NCBI GenBank assembly: GCA_963805015.1
Contig: CAWDSL010000018.1
Coordinates: 34,852 to 98,851, forward strand
Length of the DNA stretch: 64,000 bases
Direction: 5' to 3'
DNA from: an uncultured bacterium
GTDB taxonomy: Bacteria; Acidobacteriota; Aminicenantia; Aminicenantales; Saccharicenantaceae
The first letter of the stretch is position 1. Each line of letters begins with the position of its first letter. A program made the translations under genes and the position numbers. The notes beneath the pieces were generated by a model that saw only the letters and a program-made list of their open reading frames with translations, did not search any database and was not told the DNA's origin. Below are positions 10,030-19,969 of the stretch, in pieces.

Positions 10030-10278
10030 TCAGCGCTTCTTTTTGAGGAAATTGTAGACGAAGAGCAGGATCAGCGCGCCGACGATGGCGCCGATGAAGC
10101 CGGCAGCTTCGCCCGGTTGGTAGATCTTGAGCGCCTTGCCGAGGTACGTGGCGACGAACGACCCGGCGACGCCCAGGACGATGGTCCAGATCCAGCCCAT
10201 GTTCTCCTTGCCGGGATAGATGAACTTGGCGATGACGCCGGCGGCGAAGCCCAACAGGATGGTCCACAGGATATGCAT
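10030..10278 (-). CDS. GlsB/YeaQ/YmgE family (transglycosylase-associated) membrane protein
   Basis: 82 aa with three TM segments; GVIAKFIYPG, TIVLGVAGSFV and GFIGAIVGALILL. Confidence 0.9.
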   Translation of the reverse strand: MHILWTILLGFAAGVIAKFIYPGKENMGWIWTIVLGVAGSFVATYLGKALKIYQPGEAAGFIGAIVGALILLFVYNFLKKKR

Positions 10279-10301
10279 GTCGAACCCTTCCTTTCAAGCC
10301 C

Positions 10302-10331
10302 ATCTTAAGGGCGGAGCGAAACGGCTGTCAA
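10302..10331 (-). promoter_or_regulatory. sigma70-type promoter
   Basis: Minus strand TTGACA (10331-10326), 18 nt, TAAGAT (10307-10302). Confidence 0.6.
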
Positions 10332-10370
10332 GCCGCGGGGCCGGCCGGGTCCCGGGGGCTCCGGGATCCC

Positions 10371-12584
10371 TCAGGGCCGAATGCTGAGCGTGATCTTGAA
10401 GATCCCCCGTTCCTCGAGAGGATAGAACCGCGACGCCGGGTCCCAGCGCCGCTCCCAGTTCTTCGAATAGACGAGATAGACGACGTTGCCCGGAGTGATC
10501 TCCCAGCGGAAGCGCGTGTTGAGGCCGAGCTCGTTCGAGACGTCGTCGTACTGGACGTAGTTCATCAGGCCGAGCCGGGGCGAGAGGTAGAGGTCCACCT
10601 TGAGCTGGTAGACGTTCTCCTTGAAGGTCCCTTGCGGGAGCCGGCCGCGCACGAAGTTGGCGTCGAGGTCGAAGGTCGCGGTGCCCCTGAGCTTGACCCG
10701 GAACCCGGCTTCGACGTTGTCGTAGTGGCCGGAGTAGAACGGGCCGAACGCCCATTCGACGCGCCCGCCCCAGGCCCGGTGGCTCGCCGTCTCGAACTGG
10801 ACCGCGTAGTTCGTGAAGGTGTACGCGCCGCGCGGCAGGACGACCCCGTCCGCGACCTCCCAGTCCTCGGGCAACGCGTCGTAGTTCGGGACGATGTTGA
10901 ACTCGAATTGCTCGCCGCTTTCGGTCTGCAGGTTGAGAGGCGCGGTGAAGAGACGGCGCGTCTCGAGCCGGCCGTCGAGATCCCAGGTGTAGGAGACGGA
11001 GGCCTCGTAGAAGAACTGGCGGACGAGCCGCCCGACGAGCCCCTTCTCCGGCCTCGGCCGGTAGCTCGCGCTCAGGCTGAAGACCTGGACTCCCGGCCGC
11101 GGCAGGTAGCCGACGCCCGGATCGAGGGCGTCGCCGTAGGAATTGTAGGACGTGACGATGTCCCAGAGGTCGTTGGGGTAGTCGATCTTGAAGCCGAAGC
11201 CCTCGCGGCGACCCTCGGCCCGGTCGTTCCAGTTGTAGACGAGCCAGCCGCCGGCCAGGAAGTTCTTGTCCTTCAGGAAACGCGAGGTCTGGTAGACGAA
11301 GTCGAAGCCGGCCAGCGAGTTCCGGGCCCCGGTCGGGCTGCCGGTGGTGAAGATGGCCCCGACCCGGCTCTCGGCCCAGATGTTCTGGGAGACGCGGGCC
11401 ACCAGGAAGTTCTCCGCCGGCAGGCCCAGGCTCTCCGAGGCGCCCGTCCGGACGTCGAGGACCTGAAGGTTGGTGTCGCCGATCTTCCCGAACACCTTGG
11501 TCCCGAACGAGATCGGGATCTGCCGCCCCTCGAAGAGGCCGATCCGGCGGCTGAAGAAAGGCGCGAATCCGGACCCGTTGCCGGGCATGGTCGTCCCGAA
11601 GTTGAAGATCTCCGAGCCTTCGAGGAAGAACGTCCGCTTCTCCGGGAAGTAGAGGGAGAAACGGCTCAGGTTGATCTGTCGCTCGTCGACCTCGGTCTCG
11701 GCGAAATCGGTGTTGTAGCTGAAGGCCCCGACGAGGTTCGGCGTGATGTTCTTGTAAAGGTCGAATCCGCCGTCCCATCGCCAATCCGCCGGGGTTCCGG
11801 CGGCGTGATCCTTGGACGGGCTCAGCAGGCCGTAGGGCTTGAAGGTCAGTCCCAGCCCCTGCCGGATCCCGCCGAGCCCCGTGAGCGGGGCGGCCTCGGC
11901 GGGATTGGTGAAGAACACGTCGGCGCGGGCGCCGGAGAGGCGGTCGATCTCCTGGCGCCGGGCGATGACCCGCTCGACGTTGATCCCCCAGCTCTCGAGG
12001 CCGGGCTTGAAGGAAATGGACTTGAACGGGATGCGCGATCTCGGTCGACCATCCGTCGGGGCCGATGGCGCTGCGGGCGTCCCAGAGGCCGTCCCAGTCC
12101 AGGCTCGAGTGCTCCCCCGTGGCCAGGCCCTCGCTCCGGGCGCCGCGGGGATTGACGGAGAATAAGTAGGCGTTGCGGCGGTCCTGGAAGGGATCGAGAA
12201 TGAGCCGGACCGCGTCCTCGCCGGCCTCCTCGATATCGTCGCCGTCGTGGGCCATGGAATTGGCCGATATGTGCCGCGGATCGCCGTCGCGGCAGAGGAC
12301 GCCGATGTAGAGGACGGACCCGTCGTAGACGACGCGGAGCTCGGTCCGCTCGGAGGGCTCATCGCCTGAGCGTGGGACGGCCATCCGGAAGCCCGAGAAG
12401 ACGGGGGCCTTCCGCCAGGCCTCGTCGTCGAGACGGCCGTCGAGCTTGGGCCCCTGTTCGACCCTGATCGCCTGGATCCGGACGGGACCGCCCTCCCGGG
12501 GGGCGGCCCCTCGGGGAGCCTGCGCGGCTGCGGCGACGGGACACAGGATCGCATGAGGGTTGTCAGGGGGGCGATGGTCTTCAT
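10371..12584 (-). CDS. DUF5916 / CBM9-like domain outer-membrane protein (frameshifted)
   Basis: N-part PSERTELRVVYD...LYIGVLC, DPFQDRRNAYLFSVNPRG; C-part NTDFAETEVDERQINLSRFSLYFPEKRTFFLEG, PFFSRRIG; TGGTATAAT upstream; frame changes near 12040 and ~12500. Confidence 0.85.
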   Translation of the reverse strand: MKTIAPLTTLMRSCVPSPQPRRLPEGPPPGRAVPSGSRRSGSNRGPSSTAVSTTRPGGRPPSSRASGWPSHAQAMSPPSGPSSASSTTGPSSTSASSAATAIRGTYRPIPWPTTATISRRPARTRSGSFSIPSRTAATPTYSPSIPAAPGARAWPRGSTRAWTGTASGTPAAPSAPTDGRPRSRIPFKSISFKPGLESWGINVERVIARRQEIDRLSGARADVFFTNPAEAAPLTGLGGIRQGLGLTFKPYGLLSPSKDHAAGTPADWRWDGGFDLYKNITPNLVGAFSYNTDFAETEVDERQINLSRFSLYFPEKRTFFLEGSEIFNFGTTMPGNGSGFAPFFSRRIGLFEGRQIPISFGTKVFGKIGDTNLQVLDVRTGASESLGLPAENFLVARVSQNIWAESRVGAIFTTGSPTGARNSLAGFDFVYQTSRFLKDKNFLAGGWLVYNWNDRAEGRREGFGFKIDYPNDLWDIVTSYNSYGDALDPGVGYLPRPGVQVFSLSASYRPRPEKGLVGRLVRQFFYEASVSYTWDLDGRLETRRLFTAPLNLQTESGEQFEFNIVPNYDALPEDWEVADGVVLPRGAYTFTNYAVQFETASHRAWGGRVEWAFGPFYSGHYDNVEAGFRVKLRGTATFDLDANFVRGRLPQGTFKENVYQLKVDLYLSPRLGLMNYVQYDDVSNELGLNTRFRWEITPGNVVYLVYSKNWERRWDPASRFYPLEERGIFKITLSIRP

Positions 12585-12649
12585 GGTGGGTCCTCTCTGT
12601 GGTGCGGCATTATACCAGATTGCACGGCGACGGTGAAGACCCGGGCTGA

Positions 12650-13830
12650 TCAGCGCGCCCCGTCCGTCAGGCGATGGAGACGGAGGAGGAAGAGGAAGGC
12701 GACGACGTCGAGGCCGACCGCGGTCAGGGCGACGGCGGTGAAGCCCAGGCCGTAGAGCCGCGGGGACAGGAGCGACCCGATCGGCCCGGCCGATGGAGAA
12801 CGAGGCCGCGTAGAAGGCCAGAAGCGTCGCCCGGGACCGGGGCAGGATCTCGCTCATGACCGGGAGCAGGCTGACGACCGTGTACTCGAAGGTCAGGTAG
12901 AAAAAGGCCAGGCCGGCGAGCGCGGCGACAGCCGTCGTCCGGCCGGCGAGCGGCAGGATGAGGGCCGCGAGCGGCGTTCCCGGCCAGCCCGATCATCAGG
13001 GCTTTCGTCTTGCCGATGCGGTCGACCGTGGCCACGACCAGGCTTTCGCCGCCGAACTCGGCGGCGCCGATGATCGCGGCGGCCGCGCCCAGGGCGGCGA
13101 GCTTGAGCCCGAACGAGTCCTCGAGCCAGACGCCGAAGACGAGGTTGACGAGCTCGTTGGACATGCTGACGGCCAGGATGACGGCGATGCCGGCCAGGGC
13201 CGCCGGCGAGCGGAGTACGGCTTTATAGCTGTCGCGGTGGCCGGGTCCCTCGCCGGTCGCGGAAGCGCCGGCCGCCCCGGGTCGCCTGCTCCGGCCTTCA
13301 GGAAGAACCGGACCGCGACGAAGCCGGCCAGACCCAGAAAGGCCAGGACCGCGAACGGCGACCCGGCTGCCGAACCGGCCGAGGAGGAAACCGACCGCAG
13401 GGAACTCCGAGGATGAAGGCCAGGGACCAGCTCAGCTCGGTCAGGGCCAGGGCCCGGCCGCGCTTGGCGTAAGGCACTTCGTCGCTCAAGCGGGCCAGGA
13501 CCGCCGGATCGATGACGTACTTGCCGACGGTCATCAGGACGAGGGCCGCGGCGAAGGCGAGGAAGCCCGAGCCGCGGCAAGCCGAGGAACGCCCCGGCCG
13601 CGAACAGCCCCAGGCCGAGGGACAGGCCGAAACGGCGGCCGCGGCGGTCCGTGAACGGCGCGAGCAGGGGCCCCAGGGCGCCCGGTCGCGGACCGGGCCG
13701 AGAGGGCCAGCGACATCGTCCCCAGGTCGACCCCCAGCAGGCGGGCGAAGACGGGCAGGAAGGGGTAGACCATCCGGTAGGCCGTGTTGGAGACCGTCCG
13801 GACGGCGACGAACAGCGCGATCAGGCCGTG
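12650..13830 (-). CDS. MFS transporter (several frameshifts, start uncertain)
   Basis: Fragments RTVSNTAYRMVYPFLPVFAR, DEVPYAKRGRALALTELSWSLAFILGVP, VDRIGKTKAL, ending GLDVVAFLFLLRLHRLTDGAR* at 12650. Confidence 0.75.
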
Positions 13831-15123
13831 GCCCCTTTCTTCTTGCCGAACCGCAGCTTCATGGTCAGGATCTTGTCGCGTCGAGAAGATCCGGGCCGCG
13901 AAGATGACCAGGACGACGAAGACGACGAGCATGTAGGCCAGCCCGGCCGGCGATCATGCCGTAGTTGCCGAGGTAGAGGTTCTGCGACACCAGGAACGGG
14001 TGCGAGAAGGGGATGGCCAGGATGAAGATCTTGACCGGCAGCGAGACCGTGTTGATGTCGGCGAAGAGGGAGATGAAGTAGGGGATCATGACCATGAACA
14101 TCAGCGGCATGATCATGTTCTGGGCGCTGCGGAAGTCCTCGGCCAGGACGCCGAGGATCATGGCCATGGCCAGGGCGACCAGGATGGCCAGGAAGAGGGA
14201 CAGGCCGAGGACGACGTAGCCCGGTCGTGTCGAAGGTCAGGCCGAGCTTCTGCATCAGCGCGGGCGCCGCCGGCCTGGGCGCCGGCCTTGGCGGCCTCCT
14301 CGCCGATGCCGCCGAGGAAGCCCTGGAAGCCGAACATGTAGACGCCGGCCGAGATCAGGCCGATGAGCCCGGCCGCGAGCATCTTGGCCGTGATGATCGA
14401 GGTCCGCTTGATGGGCACGGTCAGGAGCGTCTCGAGGGTCTTGTTCTGCTTCTCCATGGCCACGGCCGAGATGACCATCTGGGACGAGTAGATGACGATC
14501 ATCATCAGGACGACGGGGATGAGCATGGACTGCTGGGAGATCAGCCCGGCGACCATGTTGGCCGAGCCCTCGGCCATCTTGTCCTGGACGATGACGAAGT
14601 CCTTGCTCTTGATCGGCTTCTTGAGGCTGGCGGGGTCCATGTCGGGCAGCTTCTCCTTGAGGAAGTTGTTCGGACAGGGCTTCGTTGAGGGCGGAGATGA
14701 CGCTCTGGACGACGACCTGAGCCCCGGGCGCCGATGAGGGAGAAGCTGCGCATGAAGGAGTAGGTCTCGATCTCGCTCGGCTTGAGCTCGGTCAGGGAAT
14801 CGCCGAAGCCGTTGGGGATGACGAGGAGGAGCTTCGATTCGCCGGCCTTGGCGGCCTCGACGGCCTCCTCCTTGGTCTTGCCCGACTGGTCGAGGATCTT
14901 GAAGCGGGCCGACTCGAGGCCCTTGGATCAGGGCCTGGGAGGCCGCCGAGCCGTCCTGGTCGAGGGCCGAGATCGTCTGGACGCCGACGGCCTTCTGGAC
15001 CTCTTTCTTGCTGACCTGCCCGATGAAGTTGAAGAGGATGACGGTGAAGGCGAGCGAGATGATGAGCTGTTTGGTCACCAGCTCCTTGATCTCTTTCTTG
15101 AGAAGGTTGGCGAATCTTTTCAT
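13821..15123 (-). CDS. ABC-2 type exporter permease (NatB-like; frameshifted)
   Basis: MKRFANLLKKEIKEL; AMEKQNKTLETLLTVPIKRTSIITAK; LAEDFRSAQN; AIPFSHP. Confidence 0.85.
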
Positions 15124-15844
15124 CGGAGGGAACTCCTGAAGACCTCTTCCAGGTTCTTGGCCTGGTGCTTGTCCTTGAGCTCGGCGGGCGTCCCGGTGTC
15201 GAGGATCCGGCCCTTGTCGATGAGGGCGACCCGGTCGGACAGGAACTCGATCTCGAGCATGTTGTGGGAGGAGAGGAGGACCGACGTCCCCTCCTTGACG
15301 TAGCGGCGGACGATCTCCCGGACCTCCAGGGCGTTGAGGACGTCGAGGCCCGAGGTCGGCTCGTCGAGGATGGCCAGCACGGGCTTGGTCATCAGGGCCC
15401 GGGCCAGGAGGAGCTTGCGGGTCATGCCCTTGCTGTAGGTGCCGACCTTGGTCTTGAGCCGGTCGCCGAGCTCGGTGATGGCCACGGCCCGGTCGACGAA
15501 TTCCTTCTCCTCCTCCGGCGTCCGGGCGTAGAAGGCGGCCATGAAGTGGAGGTAGTCCATGCCCTTCATGTCCTTGTAGGCGCCCGGCTTCCTCGGGGAG
15601 GTAGCTGATCTTCTCCCGGACGAAGTCGGGTTCCTTGCGGAGGTCGTGGTCGAGGAAGGTGATCTTCCCCGGCGGTCGCGGTGAGGAGGGTGGCGACGAT
15701 CCGGAGCGTCGTCGTCTTGCCGGCCCCGTTCGGGCCGATCAGGGCGAAGACCTCCCCGGCCCGGACCTCGAAATCGATGCCGGCCAGGGCCATTTGGGTG
15801 CCGTAGGATTTCTTCAATCCCCGGACGGTCAGGACGTTGGGCAT
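15120..15844 (-). CDS. ABC transporter ATP-binding subunit (NatA-like; frameshifted near 15590-15670)
   Basis: Walker A GPNGAGKTT; signature YSKGM; Walker B ILDEPTSGLD; SSH switch; stop overlaps the permease start. Confidence 0.92.
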
Positions 15845-15882
15845 GGGCGACTCCCTTGTGAAACGCGAAAATATCCCGGCTT

Positions 15883-15911
15883 ATTCTAGTAGATACGGAC
15901 GGGGAAGTAAA
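15883..15911 (-). promoter_or_regulatory. sigma70-type promoter for the ABC operon
   Basis: Minus strand TTTACT (15911-15906), 17 nt, TAGAAT (15888-15883). Confidence 0.6.
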
Positions 15912-15922
15912 CGGTTCTTCCC

Positions 15923-17364
15923 CTACTCGAGGCTGATGTCCTCGCGGTAGTCGACGGACACCCTGGCCCGGGAGCCCGGCCGGGGCTTGAGCAGGGCGAC
16001 GACGCGGAGGAAGGTCCGGTTGCGGCTTCTTCCAGGTCCGGTCGAGGTTCCGGGCGTAGTGGGCGATGGCCACGGCGATCCACTGGCCGGCGAGGAGCTT
16101 GCGGGCCGTCCTGCTTCAGCGAGTAGAACTTGCGGTGGGCGAAGCTCTGGGCCTTCTGGAGGTCGGGCAGGGAGAAACGGGCCGGCTGGAAGACGGCGTG
16201 ATGGGCGTCGTAGAGGGCCCAGTCGTGGAAGCGGATGCGCTTCTCGGCGGCGATCTGGTCGTAGAAGGCCGAGCCGGGCAGGGGCGTCAGGATGAGGAAC
16301 TGGGTCGAGGTCAGGCGGGCCCGCTTGGCGAAGCGGACCGTCTTGCGGATCGTCTTCCAGTCGTCCTGGTCGAAGCCGAGGACGAACATGCCGTGGATGT
16401 GGATGCGGCTGCGGCGGAAGACCTTGACCGCCCGGACGATCTCGGCCACGGTCTGCTTCTTCTTCATGTCCTCGAGCGCTTCGGGGTTGACCGACTCGAA
16501 GCCGATGTAGACGGTGTGGCAGCCGGCCTTCTTCATCAGCCGGACGAGATCGGGATCGCGGGCGACGTCGGCCCGGACCTGGGTCGTCCACTTGAGCTTG
16601 AGGCCTTCGCGGATCATGGCCTCGCAGAGCTCGCGGGTCCGCTTCGGGTCGGCGGCGAAATTGTCGTCGTAGAAGAAGATGAGCGACTTCAGCTCTTCGT
16701 AGCCGCGGAGCTCCTCGATGATGTTCTCCGTCGAGCGGAAGCGGTATTTCCGGCCGAACATGCCGGTCACGGAGCAAAAGGAGCAGTCGAAGGGACAGCC
16801 CCGCGAGGTCAGGACGGGGATGGACGACATGTGCTTGAGGCCCTTGGCCTCGGGCCGGAGGAGCGAGAAGTCGGGGAAGGGGATGCGGTCGAGGTCCGAG
16901 GCCCGCGGGGCCATGGGATTGTGGACGATCGCCCCGGTCTCGTCCCGGTAGGACAGATTGGGGACGTCGGCGTAGCCGCCGCCGCGCTCCCGGGCGTCGA
17001 CGAAGGCGGCCAGGGCCGCCTCGCCCTCGCCCCGGACGACGAAGTCGGCGTGCTCCAGGGCTTCGTCGGTGAGGTAGGTCACGTGGGGCCCGCCCATGAT
17101 GACGGTCTTGCCCATCGCCCGGACCCGGTCGGCGATGGCGTAGGCCCGGGGCGCGGTCGAGGTGATGGTCGAGATGCCGACGAGGTCGGCCGAGGCGATG
17201 ACGTCGAAATCGATCTTGCGGAAGTCCTCGACGAAGAGCTCGACCTCCCAGCCGCGCTTCTTCATCATCGTGCCCAGGATGAGCGTGCCCAGGCGGGGCA
17301 GGGGGAACTGGGAGAAGATGTGGAGGTTCGGGGCCTTCGGCTCGATGAAAACGATCTTAGGCAT
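15923..17364 (-). CDS. Cobalamin-binding radical SAM protein (class B-like); C-terminal frameshifts
   Basis: B12-binding domain (ADLVGISTITSTAPRAY, MGGPHVT, VVRGEGE); CX3CX2C motif SRGCPFDCSFC; FYDDNF; YIGFES; RBS AAGGAGG. Confidence 0.92.
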
Positions 17365-18079
17365 GGTCGTCCTCCTTGGCCGTTTCTCCCGCGTTTCCTG
17401 TTCCTGGCCTGGAGGGCCAGGATGTCCTTCTTCTTCTTCTTGAGGAGGTCTTCCCAGCGCTCGACGCCCTCCTCGAGGAGCTTCATCTTGGCGAAGAGGG
17501 CCTCGACGGCTTCGAGCATGGACGCCACGCGCTTCTCCACCTCGGGCTGGGGGAAGGATTCGAGCCCCGCCTCGATGGCCACATAGGCCCGGACGTCGTC
17601 CGAAACCGCCTTGATCTCCTCGAGCGTGTAGCCGAAGAGCTGGAGGTCGCGGATGAGCTGGCAGAGGAAGACGTAGGATCCGGGTAGAGCCGGAATCCGC
17701 CTTCCGTCCGCATGTCGGGCCCGATGATGCCCTTGTCCTCCCAGTGCTTGATCGTCCGCGGGCTGACGCCGGAGCGCTCGGCCAGGTTCCCGACGGTCAG
17801 GAACTTGGCCTTTTCGGCGCCCTTCTTCCGGCCGCGGTCTTCCCGGGGGAGGCCGACCTTCTTGACGATCTTGGCGATCTCGTCGGTCCCGTAGCCGAGG
17901 TCGGCCAGGCGCCGGATGTGGGCGACGCGGTCGAGGCTGGCGGGGGCGAAGAGGGGGGCCTTCTCGTCCGAGAAGCCGTCGGGCTTGAGGAGCTTGGCCT
18001 TGGACCACTCGGCGAGGCGATCGGCCGGGACCCCGGCCTTGAGAGCGAGATCTTCGAGGGAGAGGACGTCATTGCTCAT
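17357..18079 (-). CDS. MerR-family regulator with two tandem HTH domains (frameshifts near 17685 and 17390)
   Basis: LSLEDLALKAGVPADRLAEWSKAKLLKP, then LTVGNLAERSGVSPRTIKHWEDKGII...RTEGGFRLY; GYTLEEIK and a coiled coil; probable stop overlaps the rSAM ATG (...CATGCCTAA). Confidence 0.85.
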
Positions 18080-18085
18080 GATGTA

Positions 18086-18134
18086 CCTATGCGTTCAGTT
18101 TGACATTAATATTAATATAACATATACGCATAGG
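18086..18134. promoter_or_regulatory. Nested dyad operator candidate (9-bp IR around palindrome ATTAATATTAAT)
   Basis: CCTATGCGT (18086-18094) / ACGCATAGG (18126-18134) perfect IR; perfect palindrome at 18105-18116 with nearly the same centre; strongly AT-rich island. Confidence 0.65.
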
Positions 18135-18163
18135 AATATATTTATCAGACATGGCCCTGTCAA
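18135..18163 (-). promoter_or_regulatory. sigma70 promoter of the merR-rSAM operon
   Basis: Minus strand TTGACA (18163-18158), 17 nt, TATATT (18140-18135). Confidence 0.75.
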
Positions 18164-18273
18164 GCCCTTTTTTTCGGATATATCGCAGGAGCCCCGCTCC
18201 GAGTCGCTACTCCGGGCTTCCCGCCTTGACCCCCGCTGGCTTCTCTCTGTAGAGTGTGCCGCAACCGGGGAAA

Positions 18274-19969
18274 ATGAAAGAGACGGCGGACTTCACCTTC
18301 GATTACCTGGTCGTCGGATCCGGCTTCGGCGGCAGCGTCGCGGCCATGCGCCTGGCCCAGAAGGGCTATTCGGTCGGCGTCGTCGAGGCCGGGAAGCGCT
18401 GGCACGCCGACGATTTCGCCCGGCGCAACTGGAACCTGCGCAAATTCCTCTGGCTCCCCTCGCTCGGCCTCTACGGGACCTGGCGCCTGCGCCTCCTCAA
18501 CGGCGTCTTCATCCTGGCCGGGTCGGGCGTCGGCGGCGGCAGCCTCAACTACGCCAACACGCTCTACGTCCCGCCCGACACTTTCTTCGAGCGGCCGAGC
18601 GTGCGGCGCCTGGGCGGCCGGGACGAGCTCCTTCCTTATTACGATCTCGCCGGCCGCATGCTCGGCGTCGTCACCAATCCGGTCGAGACCGCCCAGGACG
18701 TCCTGATGAAGGAGACCGCGGCCGAGATCGGGCGCGAAGGGACGTTCCGACCGACGCCGGTCGCCGTCTATTTCGGGCGGGAGGGCGAGCCCGCCGCGGA
18801 CCCCTACTTCGAGGGCGAAGGGCCGGACCGCGTCGGCTGTGAGCTCTGCGGCGAGTGCATGACCGGCTGCCGCAAGGACGCCAAGAACAGCCTGGACAAG
18901 AACTATCTCTACTTCGCCCAGAAGTTCGGCGCCCGGATCTTCGCCGAGAACCGCGTCGTCGACGTCGTTCCCCTGTCGTCCGACGGAGCCGAGGGCTACC
19001 TCGTCCGGACACGGAAGACGACCGGGCTTTTCCGCGGCCGCCGCGGCCTCGTCTTCCGGACGAAGGGGCTCGTCATCGCCGCCGGCACCCTGGGCACCAA
19101 CACCCTCCTCCTCGATCTGAAGCGGCAGGGGCCGGCTGCCCAACCTGTCCGACCACGTCGGCCGGTACACCCGGACCAACAGCGAGACGCTGCTCGGCGT
19201 GCGCAACTTCGCCCCCGGGACCGACTACACCCGGGGCGTGGCCATCACCTCGAGCGTCCATCCCGATCCGGACACGCACCTCGAACCGGTCCGCTTCGGC
19301 CGCGGCCACGACGCCATGTGCGCCCTCGTCGCCGCGCTGACCGACGGCGGCAAGCGGTCGCCGCGCTTTCTCCGCTGGTTGGGGAACGAGCTGAGGCATC
19401 CGGTCCGTCATCTGAGGATGCGCAATCCGTCCGGCTGGGCCGGCGAGACGATCATCCTCCTGGTCATGCAGACCCTCGACAATTACTTCCACTTGAAGCT
19501 GGCCCGGCCCTGGTTCTTCCCCTTCGTCAAGGTCCTGGCGACGAAGCCCGGCCCCGAACGCTGCCATCCGACCTGGCTTCCGGCCGGGAACGATTTCGGC
19601 CGCCGGCTGGCGAGACGGGTCGGGGGAGTGGCTTCCAACGTCGTCACGGAAGTGACCGTCAACTCGCCCATCACGGCCCACATCCTGGGCGGGTGTTCTT
19701 TCGGGCCGACGCCGGAGGAAGGCGTCATCGACGAGCGGAACCGGGTCCGGGGTTACGAGGACATGATCGTCTGCGACGGCTCCCAGATCCCCGAGAACCT
19801 GGGCGTCAATCCGGCCCTCTCCATCACCGCGTTCGCCGAGAGGGCCATGTCGTTCATCCCGCCGAAGAAACCCGTCCGTCCGCTGGCCGCGGAGAAGGCC
19901 TGGGGCCTGGACGGCCTGCTCACGAGAGAGCCCGCGCTTTCTCCAAAGCCGCCCCGGCCAGCCTCATAA
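18274..19969 (+). CDS. GMC oxidoreductase, ChoD (cholesterol oxidase)-like (frameshift near 19130)
   Basis: FAD motif VVGSGFGGSVAAMRLAQKGY; GSGVGGGSLNYANTLY; CELCGECMTGC; AKNSLDKNYL; TAHILGGC; GVNPALSITAFAERAMS. Confidence 0.9.

Noticed and set aside
12650-15844. ABC exporter and MFS as part of the MerR-rSAM operon (e.g. a RiPP or natural-product cluster)
   Set aside because: The ABC genes have their own TTTACT-17-TAGAAT promoter, and I found no precursor peptide or SPASM/RRE domain.
18086-18134. RBS-sequestering RNA hairpin (thermometer or riboswitch) in the merR leader
   Set aside because: The predicted TSS (~18128) falls inside the distal arm, so most of that arm would not be transcribed. 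A DNA operator fits better.
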